Shown here in pieces: positions 62,601 to 64,000 of a stretch of DNA of 64,000 bases. The position numbers and the translations under genes were made by a program. Source of the DNA: Nymphaea colorata (taxonomy: Eukaryota); contig NC_045138.2 in the NCBI RefSeq assembly GCF_008831285.2, positions 10,044,001 through 10,108,000 of the forward strand, given 5' to 3'. The first letter of the stretch is position 1. The number at the start of each line of letters is the position of its first letter. Under the pieces are notes generated by a model. That model saw only the letters and a list, made by a program, of their open reading frames with translations, made no database searches and was not told where the DNA came from.

Positions 62601-63470
62601 AAGATTGATTTTTGTAGACGGGCATTTCTGTAGAAAGGAGGGCTTCAAATATTGAATAATATACTATTTATAAACTACTACCGGAATCTTAAATGCACCA
62701 CTTTTGGTTCAACATGGCGAACTGGTTTCAGCTTGCTTGTCTATTTTCTTTATTAACGAAAAAACAAGTTGTTTTGGGTCTTATTTTTCAGCTGTTTGAA
62801 TAGTTGGCACGTACAACTCAGTAAGGTCTGCAAGCTAGAGGATATATGTCCTCGTTGTTTGAGCATTGTTAATGTAACAACTGCAGTCTGCTTGACTTTC
62901 TTTCATCATGGTAAAACTTCCTATCATGGTAAAACTTATTATTTCAACCAGGAACTCGTTTTCTCTCTCTTTCTCTCTCACACACGCACACACGAACTTA
63001 TTATTTCAACCAGGAACTCGTTTTCTCTCTCTTTCTCTCTCACACACGCACACATGAGAAGTGCAGAATGGTCAGTCAACTCTCATATTTGTGAAGTGTT
63101 TCTTGGAAAAAAAATGCTAGATGTTTTTAGTTTACGATTCCCCACTCCATAGAAAAAGTTGCAACATGTTGTTGTGGTCTATTCGAACATCAGATAGAAC
63201 AGACAGTTCAAATAAAACATAAACAAACACCAGACAAGACATACATAAGACAAAACTAACTATGAAGACACAAATATAAGACAGAATGGATATATCGAAC
63301 ATGACAAAAACAAACATCAACAAACACACACGAAATAAACATCGAACAAAACATAGTGCTTTGTTCTTAAAATCATCAAACAGTGGACAAAAAACATCAT
63401 TGTTCATGAGGACATGACAATAATGTAATGAACAGGATGTTCTGTTTGTCCTGTTCCAATAGACAACAAT
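59648..63470. mobile_element. ~3.8-kb insertion interrupting the LINE RT; probable non-autonomous DNA transposon carrying gene fragments
   Basis: LINE codons run on across it (…HQGRL | GKID…). GC-rich left end; AACAG/GAACAT-rich repetitive right end; weak terminal similarity only. Confidence 0.6.
60760..61463 (-). pseudogene. GPAT: Glycerol-3-phosphate acyltransferase (GPAT1/2/3-like) exon-2 fragment
   Basis: Acceptor at ~61463, then [98 protein letters not shown]. In-frame stop at 61172, 3' truncated, exon 1 absent. Confidence 0.9.
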
Positions 63471-64000
63471 CAAACGACCTTGATGGTTCAAGCTACGGGG
63501 GACAATCTCCATTACTAAAATAAAGAGGTACGGGAGAAGGGATCTCCACAGAGGTGATGCACAAACGAATCCGACTAATCCATCTTTCATGGAATCCCAA
63601 ATGGCTGAAGGCATGGACGAGGAAACCCTAGCTGACTCGATCGTAGGGCTTGTTAAGGTCTCATTTAGCACATGCTGCTTTAGCGTTCCTGATGCTGAGG
63701 CCCACCACCATCTTATGATCCAATACGAAGCTATCTTGGATTTGCCGTCCTAGGAAAAAGGCACTCCGGTTCTTCCCGATGATGTGGTTAAGCATAGGCA
63801 GCATTCTAAGAACCACCATGATGCGGCTAATGAACTTAAGAACACTATTACAGAGGGAAATTTGTCGACTTGGCTCGTCCCCTGCACTTTAGGTGTAAGA
63901 GCAAAATGGGTTCTTGATAATCTTGCCATTTTTGTTTTTTTTTAAAAAGAATCCTTGATGGCAGCTGAGGCATCATCCCTGACAATGGGCCAGAATGAAT
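63471..64000 (-). mobile_element. L1-clade LINE ORF2, N-terminal RT subdomains (same element as 57975-59647)
   Basis: FWPIVRDD...ALTPKV..LCNSVLKFISRIM..SAFFLGRQIQD...DLNKPYDRV...GDP.SPYLFILVMEIVPRSLNHQGRL. Confidence 0.85.

Noticed and set aside
59648..63470. Helitron origin of the GPAT-bearing insertion
   Set aside because: Neither orientation shows 5'-TC and 3'-CTRR termini at the LINE-defined breakpoints.

Overview
Flowering-plant nuclear DNA: AT-rich, with spliceosomal GT-AG introns and many (TA)n/(GA)n microsatellites; not prokaryotic. The only apparently intact gene is an organellar glutamyl-tRNA synthetase on the minus strand (8 exons, 12610->2561, continuing off the left edge). The rest is transposons and gene debris. 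(1) A non-autonomous Ty3/gypsy element with 3-kb LTRs, inserted as a tandem three-LTR unit inside a single ATGTT target-site duplication (TSD) at 21322-29674. (2) Intron-containing pseudogene fragments of acetyl-CoA synthetase (38.2-39.5 kb) and an SCL30-like SR splicing factor (43.1-45.3 kb), on either side of a GC-rich ~59-bp higher-order tandem array (40.2-41.3 kb). (3) Several hAT- and PIF/Harbinger-type non-autonomous elements with verifiable TSDs; one has its empty paralogous site in the same window. (4) An L1-type LINE whose reverse transcriptase is split by a ~3.8-kb insertion, which carries a GPAT exon fragment flanked by its own 16-bp direct repeat. I see no evidence for a wholly new biological system; the most unusual items are the tandem LTR unit, the nested gene capture and the repeat array. 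All calls come from manual reading and translation; no database searches were run.
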